From assembly GCA_965660445.1 (NCBI GenBank), contig CBFIAK010000001.1, positions 544,001 through 608,000 of the forward strand: a DNA stretch of 64,000 bases, given 5' to 3'. A model generated the notes under the pieces. The model had not been told where the DNA came from. It searched no databases and saw only the letters and a program-made list of their open reading frames with translations. The position numbers and the translations under genes are program-made. This DNA comes from Patescibacteria group bacterium. Its GTDB lineage: Bacteria > Patescibacteriota > Gracilibacteria > UBA4473. This document shows, piece after piece, positions 30,899 to 40,159 of the stretch; the first letter of the stretch is position 1; each line of letters begins with the position of its first letter.

Positions 30899-30947
30899 GA
30901 ATCAAGAACCAAAGAGCCAGATTATTCTATAAAAAAATCAAAAAGGG

Positions 30948-31475
30948 TCAAATTTTTTTTAATCCTAACATCAAGAAAAAAAGAACGGCTCCCACAAAAG
31001 CACCACCAAAATGCCCCCAAAAAGAAATACCAGGTAAAAGTCCAATAAATATATTAGCCCCTACTAGCACAAGCAGTGATTGAGAGAAAGGGTGATGCTC
31101 TCGTCTTAAATTGAGTAATAGAAATGTAAGTCCTCCCATCAAAATTCCAGAAAATCCAATAAGAGGTTGATGAGAGATGAATTGTAAAAGAAACACTAAC
31201 CCAAACCATAACCCAAGAAAAATATTAAAAAACGATTGTGATCCGACTTTATATTCTAATAAAGGAAATAATCGATACGTAATAACCATATTCATCGCAA
31301 AATGGAGAATATCAAAATGTGAAAAATGAGCGAAAAAACTTCCTAAATGAAGAAACCCACCCATGCTTACCACTGTGTTTTGATGAAGTATGTTTGTACT
31401 GATAAGAATAAAAAAAATAGTATTGAGTAACAAAATACTGCTCGTCACCGGAAAAGATTTGTAATAACTCTCCAT
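30948..31475 (-). CDS. Rhomboid-family intramembrane serine protease
   Basis: HFSHFDILHFAMNM, catalytic GFSG and SFWGHFGG motifs; start probably ATG 31475. Confidence 0.9.
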   Translation of the reverse strand: MESYYKSFPVTSSILLLNTIFFILISTNILHQNTVVSMGGFLHLGSFFAHFSHFDILHFAMNMVITYRLFPLLEYKVGSQSFFNIFLGLWFGLVFLLQFISHQPLIGFSGILMGGLTFLLLNLRREHHPFSQSLLVLVGANIFIGLLPGISFWGHFGGAFVGAVLFFLMLGLKKI

Positions 31476-31564
31476 GCGTATCATAATAAGAATGTTTATG
31501 GGAAGTTCAATAGTAAAGATAAGGCTTCATTGATTTTTTCTCTCTTAGTTGGTATAATACTGTG

Positions 31565-32137
31565 ATGAATATCTTCCAAAATGGGTTTCGGCGTATCGAT
31601 GATTCTTCAGCAAAAGGAGAACGAATTACACAATGGATCGCTTTTGATGCCCATCCACAAAACCAAAACTGGCATTGGAAGTTTGCTTTTATTGGTTTTG
31701 TCTTTGTGTGTGGTGCTTTGCTTTTTTGGTTGAATAGATCGCCTCAAACAGAATCTTCGGTGTGGACGAGTATGGGGGTGGGAAACATAATTATGGTGTG
31801 TGCTATTGCCTTCGCTCTTTTTTCTTATTTTTGGGTTCATAAAAAAGGAACTCAATCATATACAGTTGATGTGTTTGAATCAGGACTCCTTATTGGAGAT
31901 TTTTTGCTTCCGGTATCATGTATCAAGAGTTACTGGTGTTTGTATACCGATGATGTGGCTTTGCTCTATGTTCTTGTGGAAAAAGAAAACGATACAAAAA
32001 TAATGCCCGTACAGATCAATATGGGAAATGAAACACCAGATTTTTTTGAAGAACTCTTTGCTCAATTAGGAGTGCCTCGTGAAGAGTCACCAAGTGAACC
32101 GATTTTAGATTTTTGTATTCGAAAACTAAAACTCTAA
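31565..32137 (+). CDS. Two-TM membrane protein with a PH-like soluble part, unknown function
   Basis: ITQW.A.D......W, two TM helices, GLLIGD.......IKSYW; TTGATT-17-TATAAT promoter 6 nt before ATG 31565. Confidence 0.7.
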   Translation: MNIFQNGFRRIDDSSAKGERITQWIAFDAHPQNQNWHWKFAFIGFVFVCGALLFWLNRSPQTESSVWTSMGVGNIIMVCAIAFALFSYFWVHKKGTQSYTVDVFESGLLIGDFLLPVSCIKSYWCLYTDDVALLYVLVEKENDTKIMPVQINMGNETPDFFEELFAQLGVPREESPSEPILDFCIRKLKL

Positions 32138-34681
32138 ATGAAGCATCTTTTTCAACAAACATCTTCTGTTTCTGCTCGATATATGTTTCGTGCAGATGTT
32201 TCAAATGATGTTGATTTTTCACGTTTGCAAAATATTGAAAGCTATGAAGGATTAGAAGCCGGAATACTGCGTCAGCGAATTGAAACGGCTTTAGAACTGG
32301 TGGAGCATTCTATTCCAAATGAAGCGATTGATGGAGCTGTTGATGAAGCAGAAAAAAATATATTAGAAATTATTTATACGGATTTAGAAAAGAATGTGTT
32401 AGAAAAACATATGGGCGTTTCAAAAGCTGATATAGAGAAAAAAATGAAGACATTGTCTTCTGATGCAGAACAAAAAAAAGAAGAATGGAAACAGTATTTC
32501 CAAGAAAAAAAAGATCAGTTTCAATCAAAAGTTGATACTCATAATGGAATTATGCCAGCATTAACTGCAGAAATTGATCAAGCCAAATCATCAACTCAAA
32601 ACTCTATTCGATCAGTTATTCTCGAGAGTTTGCAAGAAGACTTGGATATAAAAACAAACGGTGTTCAACCAAAATCATGGATAGAGTACCAAGCACAATT
32701 GATGTACGATACTATGGATACCACAACAAAAGCGTTGTATTTACTCTATATTGGTGAAAAAAAACTCACACACCTTCCTGGTCGAGTGTATAGCGCAGGG
32801 CGAGATGCTTGGACCGATGTAGGGGATTTTTTATCAGACACTCTTACCAGTATAGGAGATGGGTGGAATAATATATCAAACAGTGTATCAGATTTTTTTA
32901 CTGATACTGATCCCGTTGCCGATCCTCGTACATTAACTACGAGTGAACAAAGCTTTTGGAATACGCTTCAAAGCCTTCCTGAAAAAATGATGGATCGTAT
33001 GAGAACTTATTCCCCAGAGGTTTTATCGTATTTTGAAGAAAATTTTAAAGAACTCGGGCCCGCTATTACTTCGTATCAAGGTGCTGATTGGTTTGATCCT
33101 CGATATGCCGTCCCTGGGGCATTAACGGGAATGTATTTGAGTACTTATATCATAGATTCAGGTGCCGAAGGAGGTGGGGGAGCGACAATGCTTAAAACAT
33201 CAGCTCTTTTTGCAGGACTAGCGAGTGTACCAAAAGTAACAGTGCCACTCTTAAATACCACCACAGCACTTGCCAAAGGAACAGCCCGTGTGACAGGGGA
33301 TGCGCTGGGTATCGGATGGAATGCTGGTATGTCTTTTGTGCGTGACACAGGAGACTTCGGGGTTCTTACCAATCCAAAGTTTGCACTTGATGGAAAATGG
33401 GAATCAACCCGCCAACAAGAAAAAATAAAAGAAAGTCTTGATGCCCTTGATACCAAAACAGCTGAATATGTACCACCTATTATTGAAACTCCATACCAAA
33501 AGCTAGTGAACAATAAAATTGAACAGGTGACAGATACTGAAATTTCAAGTTTAGCCGATTTTTGTGTAAAAAGTCTGGATAAAGGAACATATCTATCTCC
33601 TGAGGAATTTGCTCGTATTCAGTTATCGTTATCTCAAACAGGAGGGAAAAAATGGGAAGATCTTCCTCAAAAAGATTTACTTCGAATGCTCAATACCGCA
33701 TATCAGAAACGAATTATGCTGTCGTTTTTATTATTACCAGATACGCATAAACACAAGGAAAAATTTAAATCAGTGTTTACTCAGAAACTTGCTGAACGAA
33801 AGAAAGATGAATGGAGGCATGCGTTATCTTCTCAGGATCGGTTACAATTACAAGAGTTGTATAAAGACAAAATAGATCTAGAGCATATCAATGTGCATCA
33901 GCGAAAAGGTGTTTATGGTGATGTGTTTCAGAATAAAAATGCATTAGCAACACTAGGGATTCCTATCGCATTGCTGTATATGTTTGTGCATAGTATTGTG
34001 GGTATGAAAAATTTCGTTGCCAAACAAAAAGAAAAATCGGCTCAAAAGAAACTCGAAAAAATGCGTGATGCTATGACGACAAAAGGGCAAAAGAAAATCA
34101 GTGATTTAGTCTCTACAGGGGTTTCAAAAAAGGCTTTATTAAGCGTATTAGTTGCTGAAAATATACTCACTCAGTCAGATAAAAAACAATTAGATGATAT
34201 TGATGAGGATGATTTTAAAGACGCTATTGCCAATGGTCAGTTTCGACACAATATTGCGTCTGATTTATCAACGGTCAGTCAGTCATTTTGGGATGATATG
34301 GCGGTTGTGAAAGATCAAGTGCCTGAGTTTGAGGCTCTTCAATCGAAAAGTAAGCAGTTTGCACAAATGGAACGATTACGACGAAAGTTTGAACGTGGAG
34401 AATCAGTTCCAAAAATGGAATGCAAAGCAGGAGCTGATAATTTAGAATTGTATGATCTGAATCGGAATATGACCGATAGTCTTCGGCAAGGATGGGAGAA
34501 TTTTCGATTACCCGGTATGAAAAAAGAAAAGAGTTTTGTGTTTCATGCTCGAAAAGATGATAAAACCTATCGATATGCTCTTGTCGAGAAAGAGGAAGGA
34601 GTATTCTTGTGTCAGCTTAAAGGAAGAGATCAGGATTTCTCGATTGATAAAAATGTACCATTAGAAGTTTTGCAGTTTTAA
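32138..34681 (+). CDS. Large helical hypothetical protein with internal hydrophobic, Gly-rich segments
   Basis: 847-aa ORF; coiled-coil N-terminus; hydrophobic stretches around aa 325-370 and 600-625; no signal peptide. Confidence 0.75.
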   Translation: MKHLFQQTSSVSARYMFRADVSNDVDFSRLQNIESYEGLEAGILRQRIETALELVEHSIPNEAIDGAVDEAEKNILEIIYTDLEKNVLEKHMGVSKADIEKKMKTLSSDAEQKKEEWKQYFQEKKDQFQSKVDTHNGIMPALTAEIDQAKSSTQNSIRSVILESLQEDLDIKTNGVQPKSWIEYQAQLMYDTMDTTTKALYLLYIGEKKLTHLPGRVYSAGRDAWTDVGDFLSDTLTSIGDGWNNISNSVSDFFTDTDPVADPRTLTTSEQSFWNTLQSLPEKMMDRMRTYSPEVLSYFEENFKELGPAITSYQGADWFDPRYAVPGALTGMYLSTYIIDSGAEGGGGATMLKTSALFAGLASVPKVTVPLLNTTTALAKGTARVTGDALGIGWNAGMSFVRDTGDFGVLTNPKFALDGKWESTRQQEKIKESLDALDTKTAEYVPPIIETPYQKLVNNKIEQVTDTEISSLADFCVKSLDKGTYLSPEEFARIQLSLSQTGGKKWEDLPQKDLLRMLNTAYQKRIMLSFLLLPDTHKHKEKFKSVFTQKLAERKKDEWRHALSSQDRLQLQELYKDKIDLEHINVHQRKGVYGDVFQNKNALATLGIPIALLYMFVHSIVGMKNFVAKQKEKSAQKKLEKMRDAMTTKGQKKISDLVSTGVSKKALLSVLVAENILTQSDKKQLDDIDEDDFKDAIANGQFRHNIASDLSTVSQSFWDDMAVVKDQVPEFEALQSKSKQFAQMERLRRKFERGESVPKMECKAGADNLELYDLNRNMTDSLRQGWENFRLPGMKKEKSFVFHARKDDKTYRYALVEKEEGVFLCQLKGRDQDFSIDKNVPLEVLQF

Positions 34682-34752
34682 AGCGTACCATACAATGAAA
34701 TAAAGAGTTTTTGTATTGAAAAATAAATTTAGACGTGGTATAATGAGCAGAT

Positions 34753-36798
34753 ATGTTTTTTTCTCGTCCTTTCTCTCGTAGTACAATTTCTCGGTTTGCT
34801 CTCGTCGGGGGAGCTTGTTTGTGTGCACTGTTTGTAGCTCATCCAACCGCTTTTGCTATCGGGAGTACTACGGCTGATAATCCAGCCGCAGCACTGGCAC
34901 AAATTCTTTCATTAGTGGTCAATCTTATTACGTTTTTCATTCTTTTGATGATTAACTATATGGGAGACTTATTTGGGGTTGAGATGATGGTTGGTGATGC
35001 TCCCATGAGTGTTATTCGTCCAATGTGGGTGGTGATACGAAATATTACAAATATTGTTTTTATTGGTCTTTTAGTGGGATTAGTGTTTACTAATCTTTTT
35101 GGGGTTGCTAATTGGTCAGTGAAAAAAAAATTACCAAAAGTTATTATTGCATTGGTAGCGATTAACTTTTCTTTACTGGCTTTTCGTGTTGTGCTCGATG
35201 CTGTAAATGTCGGAACTATGGCAGTTCTTTCTATCCCACACGATATTATGCAAAAACGAAATATTGGAAGTGTTCAAGATATTATGACACAAGGATACAA
35301 TAAAGAAAACGAGCAGTGTGATGTGTTGTCTACCCCTCAAGGGTTATCGTTTCAAAATAATCAAGCTCTTACGGTCGGGAGCAATACATACACAAAGCAT
35401 CACAGCGGACAAGAAGATTGTGCTCCGTTTTTTGCCCGTATGAATAGTTATTTGTGTGATGGTGTTTATTCAGCAGAAGAAGCAAAAACAAATGATTCAT
35501 GTATTTTCTATATCGATCCGTTAAAACTTACTTCTACAGGAGGGGCTTCAAGTGTTGCGGGGCATAATTTAATGTCGGCGTTTGGGGTTTATATTTTTCG
35601 AGTAGAACAACTTCCTGCATTAGCTGGAAAAATACAAAGCTGGGACGGTGTTGTTATGAATGTGCTTTTTTCAACCATTATGGCTTTAGCTTTTTTCGTT
35701 GCTTTATTCGCGGTCTTTTTGGTTATGTTAGTGAGAATGGTTGTTATGTGGATTTTCATGGTTTTTTCTCCTTTATTGATTGCTGGAACCATTATGGGGA
35801 TTGGAGGGAATAATATGATAAGTATGTTTGTGAAATACTTAATTATTCCTATAAAAGTAGCGGCTGTGTTTGCCGTAACCTACATTATGATGTCAGCAAT
35901 GGTGAGCTTTTCGGTTGATGCTATGAATAAAGATTATCTTCAACTCGGACCATCACTCTCAATATTTGGTATGGGAATTTCAGGGCTTTTATGGCAAGTG
36001 GCAACCGTGGGTATTTTTTGGAAAACAGCCTTTATGGCTATGAAAGGAACAATTGCCGATGGCATTGTGAAAAGTATCCAAAATGGGGCAACATCAATGG
36101 CGAAAATGTTGGGGAGTGCTGCAACTATTGATAGACCTATTTTTCCTGGAAAAGACGGAAAGAACTTTTCTTTGGGATCTGTCGCACGAACACCACAACT
36201 ATTACAAGCAGCTTATAATTCAAAAAGAAATGCATCAAATGATAATTTCAGGGAAGCTATTGGCATTCAAAATTCTGAGGCAGTCAAGAAGCTAGAATCA
36301 TTAAAAGCAGAATATCTCAATGATGGAAATGTTCTTTCAAAGGTAAATTCTTCATTGAAAAGTATTGGAGCAAAAGGATTAATGGAAAATAGAGAAAAAA
36401 CAAAAGAAACGATTCTTGAAAGTTTTCAAAATGCAAATGTGGATATCAGAAATGAACAATCATGGGACAGATTTAAGACTGAATTGGATTCTGGAAACCT
36501 CAGTGATGCAAGTATTGAAAGATTTATAAATAGAATTAATGCTCGTGCTTCACAGCTGAATATAACCCCTTTAAATAATCAAAATAATCCTCGAACACCG
36601 TATTCTGGTAGCGGGCTTCCTGCTCCCAGTGGAACATGGGATCAAGCAATGATTGATTCTCTGGCTGATTGGTTAAGAAATAATAATAAACAAATAACAA
36701 CGGCGCAAGCTTCAAGTTTAGCCACTGCTTATGGGGCAAGCGACGTAGCTACATTTAAAAATGATTTAAATAATAAAGAAGCAGGAAGCGTTCAGTAA
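34753..36798 (+). CDS. Polytopic membrane protein, VirB6/TrbL-like
   Basis: Signal peptide; W..IRNITNI.FI; LPKVIIALVAINFSL; LVRMVVMWIFMVFSPL; about 8 TM helices and a polar C-terminal tail. Confidence 0.65.
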   Translation: MFFSRPFSRSTISRFALVGGACLCALFVAHPTAFAIGSTTADNPAAALAQILSLVVNLITFFILLMINYMGDLFGVEMMVGDAPMSVIRPMWVVIRNITNIVFIGLLVGLVFTNLFGVANWSVKKKLPKVIIALVAINFSLLAFRVVLDAVNVGTMAVLSIPHDIMQKRNIGSVQDIMTQGYNKENEQCDVLSTPQGLSFQNNQALTVGSNTYTKHHSGQEDCAPFFARMNSYLCDGVYSAEEAKTNDSCIFYIDPLKLTSTGGASSVAGHNLMSAFGVYIFRVEQLPALAGKIQSWDGVVMNVLFSTIMALAFFVALFAVFLVMLVRMVVMWIFMVFSPLLIAGTIMGIGGNNMISMFVKYLIIPIKVAAVFAVTYIMMSAMVSFSVDAMNKDYLQLGPSLSIFGMGISGLLWQVATVGIFWKTAFMAMKGTIADGIVKSIQNGATSMAKMLGSAATIDRPIFPGKDGKNFSLGSVARTPQLLQAAYNSKRNASNDNFREAIGIQNSEAVKKLESLKAEYLNDGNVLSKVNSSLKSIGAKGLMENREKTKETILESFQNANVDIRNEQSWDRFKTELDSGNLSDASIERFINRINARASQLNITPLNNQNNPRTPYSGSGLPAPSGTWDQAMIDSLADWLRNNNKQITTAQASSLATAYGASDVATFKNDLNNKEAGSVQ

Positions 36799-36843
36799 GT
36801 ATATAAATAAAACAAATTATTGACTTTGTATACAAAAAGGAAT

Positions 36844-36872
36844 AAAAAGAAGCTGTAAAAAGCTTCTTTTTT
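36844..36872 (+). terminator. Hairpin terminator overlapping the next promoter
   Basis: AAAAAGAAGCT/AGCTTCTTTTT stem, followed immediately by TGGTATAAT. Confidence 0.55.
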
Positions 36873-36893
36873 ATGGTATAATAAAGAGATTTT

Positions 36894-39800
36894 ATGAATA
36901 CTTTGATATATCAATTCGAGCATAAAGATTCGTCTTTCAAGAGGCGAACAGTTCGTCGTGATATGTCTGATGGTCAGATGAACACAATATCAATTCCTTC
37001 TCGCTCTTTTCCATTTTTTGATATAGATTCATTCCTTCAGAGCAAAAATCCGAAAGAAATAGAAGAGGGGGTTGGATTTTGGTGTGTATTACACCGTGAG
37101 TCACCAAGTGATGTTTCTAAAAAAGCGATTCAGTTTTTGTATACATCTCTGCAAAAAGATGATGAGGGTATTGATGTTTGGTTTTTGGATATGTTACGAT
37201 CCTTGGGCGCTGAAGATATTGACGATGCACAAAATAGTTTTGTAGATATTTCTGAAAAAGAAAAAGCAAACGCTGTTCTTTCGACATTATCAGGTATGCA
37301 AACGCTTTTACCTTCTCATATAAAGGTACTTCAATCGTTCGTACTTTCTCATGATGAATCCCTACAATCGAAAGCACAAGATATATTTCGTAAATACCAA
37401 ACACAGTTTGACGAACGACTTCGCAATGACTCACTTTCCGAAAGTGACATGGCGGTTATTTTAGAGAATCGTTCGGTTTCTGAGTCCCAAGAAGATATTA
37501 TTCAATCGTTTCATGAAAAAGTAACGCAGGTATTACAAAACCAAGATAATAACGGTCTCTATACTCATAATCGATATGAAGCGTATGCTCCTTGGTTTTC
37601 AGTTCCAGATCAGAGAAATGTACCAAAAAAAGAACAATTACAAGCGGTTCTACAAGAAATAGAAGATCAACTGAAAGATGAAAAAAATAAAGAAATTGCA
37701 GCGTCTTTAAAGAATTGGCTGGTTCGTTATATAGGATCTCGTGTTGATACAGCATCCCATACAGGTCGTGAAGCAGAGAATAATGAAAAAGATACAGATC
37801 AAGACTCATTCGAAAAGGATGCGTATGCTTTACAGGAATCATTTCAAGAAAAAATAGATCGATATATGGCGACCAATAGTCGAATTGAACAAGTTGTTTC
37901 ACATGATATTCAAACATTCTCTGATGCAGAGTTTTCACAAATCTATACCGTTGGAAAAAAGGAAATGCAAGATATTATCGAGCAATCGGCTCGACAACGA
38001 GAGGGGATTCTTTCTTCTTGGAAAGAGAGTGTCAACCAGAGTACTCTCCAGCAATGGATTCAGCAATATAAAAGTGATATAGAGTCAGAACGAACACAAG
38101 CATTGAAAAACATAGAATCATTACGAAAGCTCGATAACGATATTGATGAAAAACTTTCCGAAACAGAAAAAACAGCAGAATCAGCACTGAAAGAACGAAA
38201 CACCAAACAAACTTTTAAAAATATAAAAGAATGGAGTCTTAATGGATGGTATTTCTATAGTTTAAGTGACATATTTACCATGTTTCAGCAATCAATTAAT
38301 ATGATTAAAGAAATTGAAGCTGGGAGAAAAGAAGAAGCTGAAACTCGTCTTGGGAAACAGTTTTGGGGAAATATTGGGAAATTAGTAGTACCAGATATTG
38401 CAGAACAATTAGAAGGAAATTTTAAGGACAAAATGGGGGGGGTGTTTGGGAAGCGTATTAAGGGTTTTATGGAAGCGTATAAACGCAAACAACCGTTTCA
38501 GTTATGGGAAATTGTAGGAAAAACAAAAAACGGAAACGAATTACAAGCGTGTTTGAATTTGTTGAATGAGATGGGTGCCTTACGGTTTGATGATCCGATG
38601 CTTTGGAAAGCAATAAATACCATAAAAGGGTATGAATATATGCACAACGATGATATAAAAAATTTATCTTTATATGAAATAACCAGAAAGGTGGGGACTG
38701 CCCTTGTGGATGCAAAAGTGTGTTTGCCACAAGAGTTTGATATTTGGAAAAAAACAAAGTCAGGGAAACGAGAAAATGCGTTATCTGAATGGGTTGGAGA
38801 ATACGATGAAGTGAGCCAAATTGGAAATCATGATTCGGTTATGGTTTCAATGCTGAATAATTGGCAAAAAGGATCATTAAAAGAGGCCGATCCGTCTCGG
38901 TTCTTATCGTATTTAGTGGAGGCTTTTACTCGAGGTGATATGAGTGGAAATCCTGATAATAGAATTTATTATCTTATTCAGGGGATGGTTCTGAAAAATC
39001 CGAATGGACAAACTCTTTTAAGGTTCGATGAATTTGAGTTATTACTCAAGAAATTTCAATCAAAAATGCCCTATTTCTTTTTCTTTCGTGATAGTGAGAG
39101 TTGGAAACTGAATGGTCGTATAGTGCCAGAAGGAACAATTGGAGCAGAAAAAAGAAACTGGGGATATAGTGATTTTGTAGAATGGAGCCAGTTCTTAACC
39201 GATAGTGATCAAACCTATAACCCACAGAAAAGTAAATACACACAAGAACGACTTGAAGAATTTTTTGATCATTATATGGCACAATCAGTGATGGCAAAAG
39301 AAGTTGTAGGGCGTTCATTTCAATCACTTTCTCGTGATGCAGATGAGAGTGATGCATGGATGTATTTTCGAGAATGGGATGCGAGTAATATTTTAAGACT
39401 TGTGCATGTTCAGGGGGCTTCTGAAAACTTTTTACGCAATTTCTTAGGGGCTTTCCCTGGGTATATGAGATCTATGAAAAAATACATAGAAAAAGGAGAT
39501 GCTGAGTATGGGTATAATCCAGAATGGAAAAAGAAAAAAGAAGAATTATTACAAAAAATAGGAAGTCGGTTGAAAATGGCACTACACGGTACACAAGTTT
39601 TAGCAGGGAATTATTTAGGAGAAGATGATCGAACAGAGTTTCAGATTTTTTCTGCGGATAAATGGAAAAAATCAATAGGGGACAAAGACGGGAATCTTCA
39701 GGATGCACGAGAAAAGATAAATAATGCAATGGCGAAACTATTGCAATCATATACAGCCCATGGAGGAACAAAAAATGTAGCACAAATTCAGCAAGTTCTT

Positions 39801-40049
39801 TCTTATAATGGGTATGAACACGGTGATGTCGGGCGAATTTTGTATAACTATAAAGAAGGGCGAGGGGCTTATAAGAACGAAGCCGATCCCTCTCATCCTC
39901 GGTATAATGCCGCATATGATGCGCAAAGAAAACAATATAAAAACATAGAACGTATTAATATCGATTTATTTCATGGAGGAGATGATAATTTAAGTGATAT
40001 TTTTAGGGATACAAAGGCTATTGAAACGATGCTTTTGCAGTACTCCTAA
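36894..40049 (+). CDS. Large alpha-helical/coiled-coil hypothetical protein
   Basis: 1051-aa ORF; charged coiled coil about aa 290-445; no TM segment or signal peptide recognised. Confidence 0.8.
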   Translation: MNTLIYQFEHKDSSFKRRTVRRDMSDGQMNTISIPSRSFPFFDIDSFLQSKNPKEIEEGVGFWCVLHRESPSDVSKKAIQFLYTSLQKDDEGIDVWFLDMLRSLGAEDIDDAQNSFVDISEKEKANAVLSTLSGMQTLLPSHIKVLQSFVLSHDESLQSKAQDIFRKYQTQFDERLRNDSLSESDMAVILENRSVSESQEDIIQSFHEKVTQVLQNQDNNGLYTHNRYEAYAPWFSVPDQRNVPKKEQLQAVLQEIEDQLKDEKNKEIAASLKNWLVRYIGSRVDTASHTGREAENNEKDTDQDSFEKDAYALQESFQEKIDRYMATNSRIEQVVSHDIQTFSDAEFSQIYTVGKKEMQDIIEQSARQREGILSSWKESVNQSTLQQWIQQYKSDIESERTQALKNIESLRKLDNDIDEKLSETEKTAESALKERNTKQTFKNIKEWSLNGWYFYSLSDIFTMFQQSINMIKEIEAGRKEEAETRLGKQFWGNIGKLVVPDIAEQLEGNFKDKMGGVFGKRIKGFMEAYKRKQPFQLWEIVGKTKNGNELQACLNLLNEMGALRFDDPMLWKAINTIKGYEYMHNDDIKNLSLYEITRKVGTALVDAKVCLPQEFDIWKKTKSGKRENALSEWVGEYDEVSQIGNHDSVMVSMLNNWQKGSLKEADPSRFLSYLVEAFTRGDMSGNPDNRIYYLIQGMVLKNPNGQTLLRFDEFELLLKKFQSKMPYFFFFRDSESWKLNGRIVPEGTIGAEKRNWGYSDFVEWSQFLTDSDQTYNPQKSKYTQERLEEFFDHYMAQSVMAKEVVGRSFQSLSRDADESDAWMYFREWDASNILRLVHVQGASENFLRNFLGAFPGYMRSMKKYIEKGDAEYGYNPEWKKKKEELLQKIGSRLKMALHGTQVLAGNYLGEDDRTEFQIFSADKWKKSIGDKDGNLQDAREKINNAMAKLLQSYTAHGGTKNVAQIQQVLSYNGYEHGDVGRILYNYKEGRGAYKNEADPSHPRYNAAYDAQRKQYKNIERINIDLFHGGDDNLSDIFRDTKAIETMLLQYS

Positions 40050-40159
40050 GTGAGTGAGTATATTTATAAAAGAATCAATTGTGTTCGGCGAGTCAAAACA
40101 CCGTTGTTTTTTTGAAAATAAGGGATGAAATGCATACAATGAATATGGATTTTTGCGAT

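Noticed and set aside
30757-31083. 108-aa plus-strand ORF
   Set aside because: It is the antisense reading of tRNA-Gly (GGIEPP signature) and of the rhomboid 3' end
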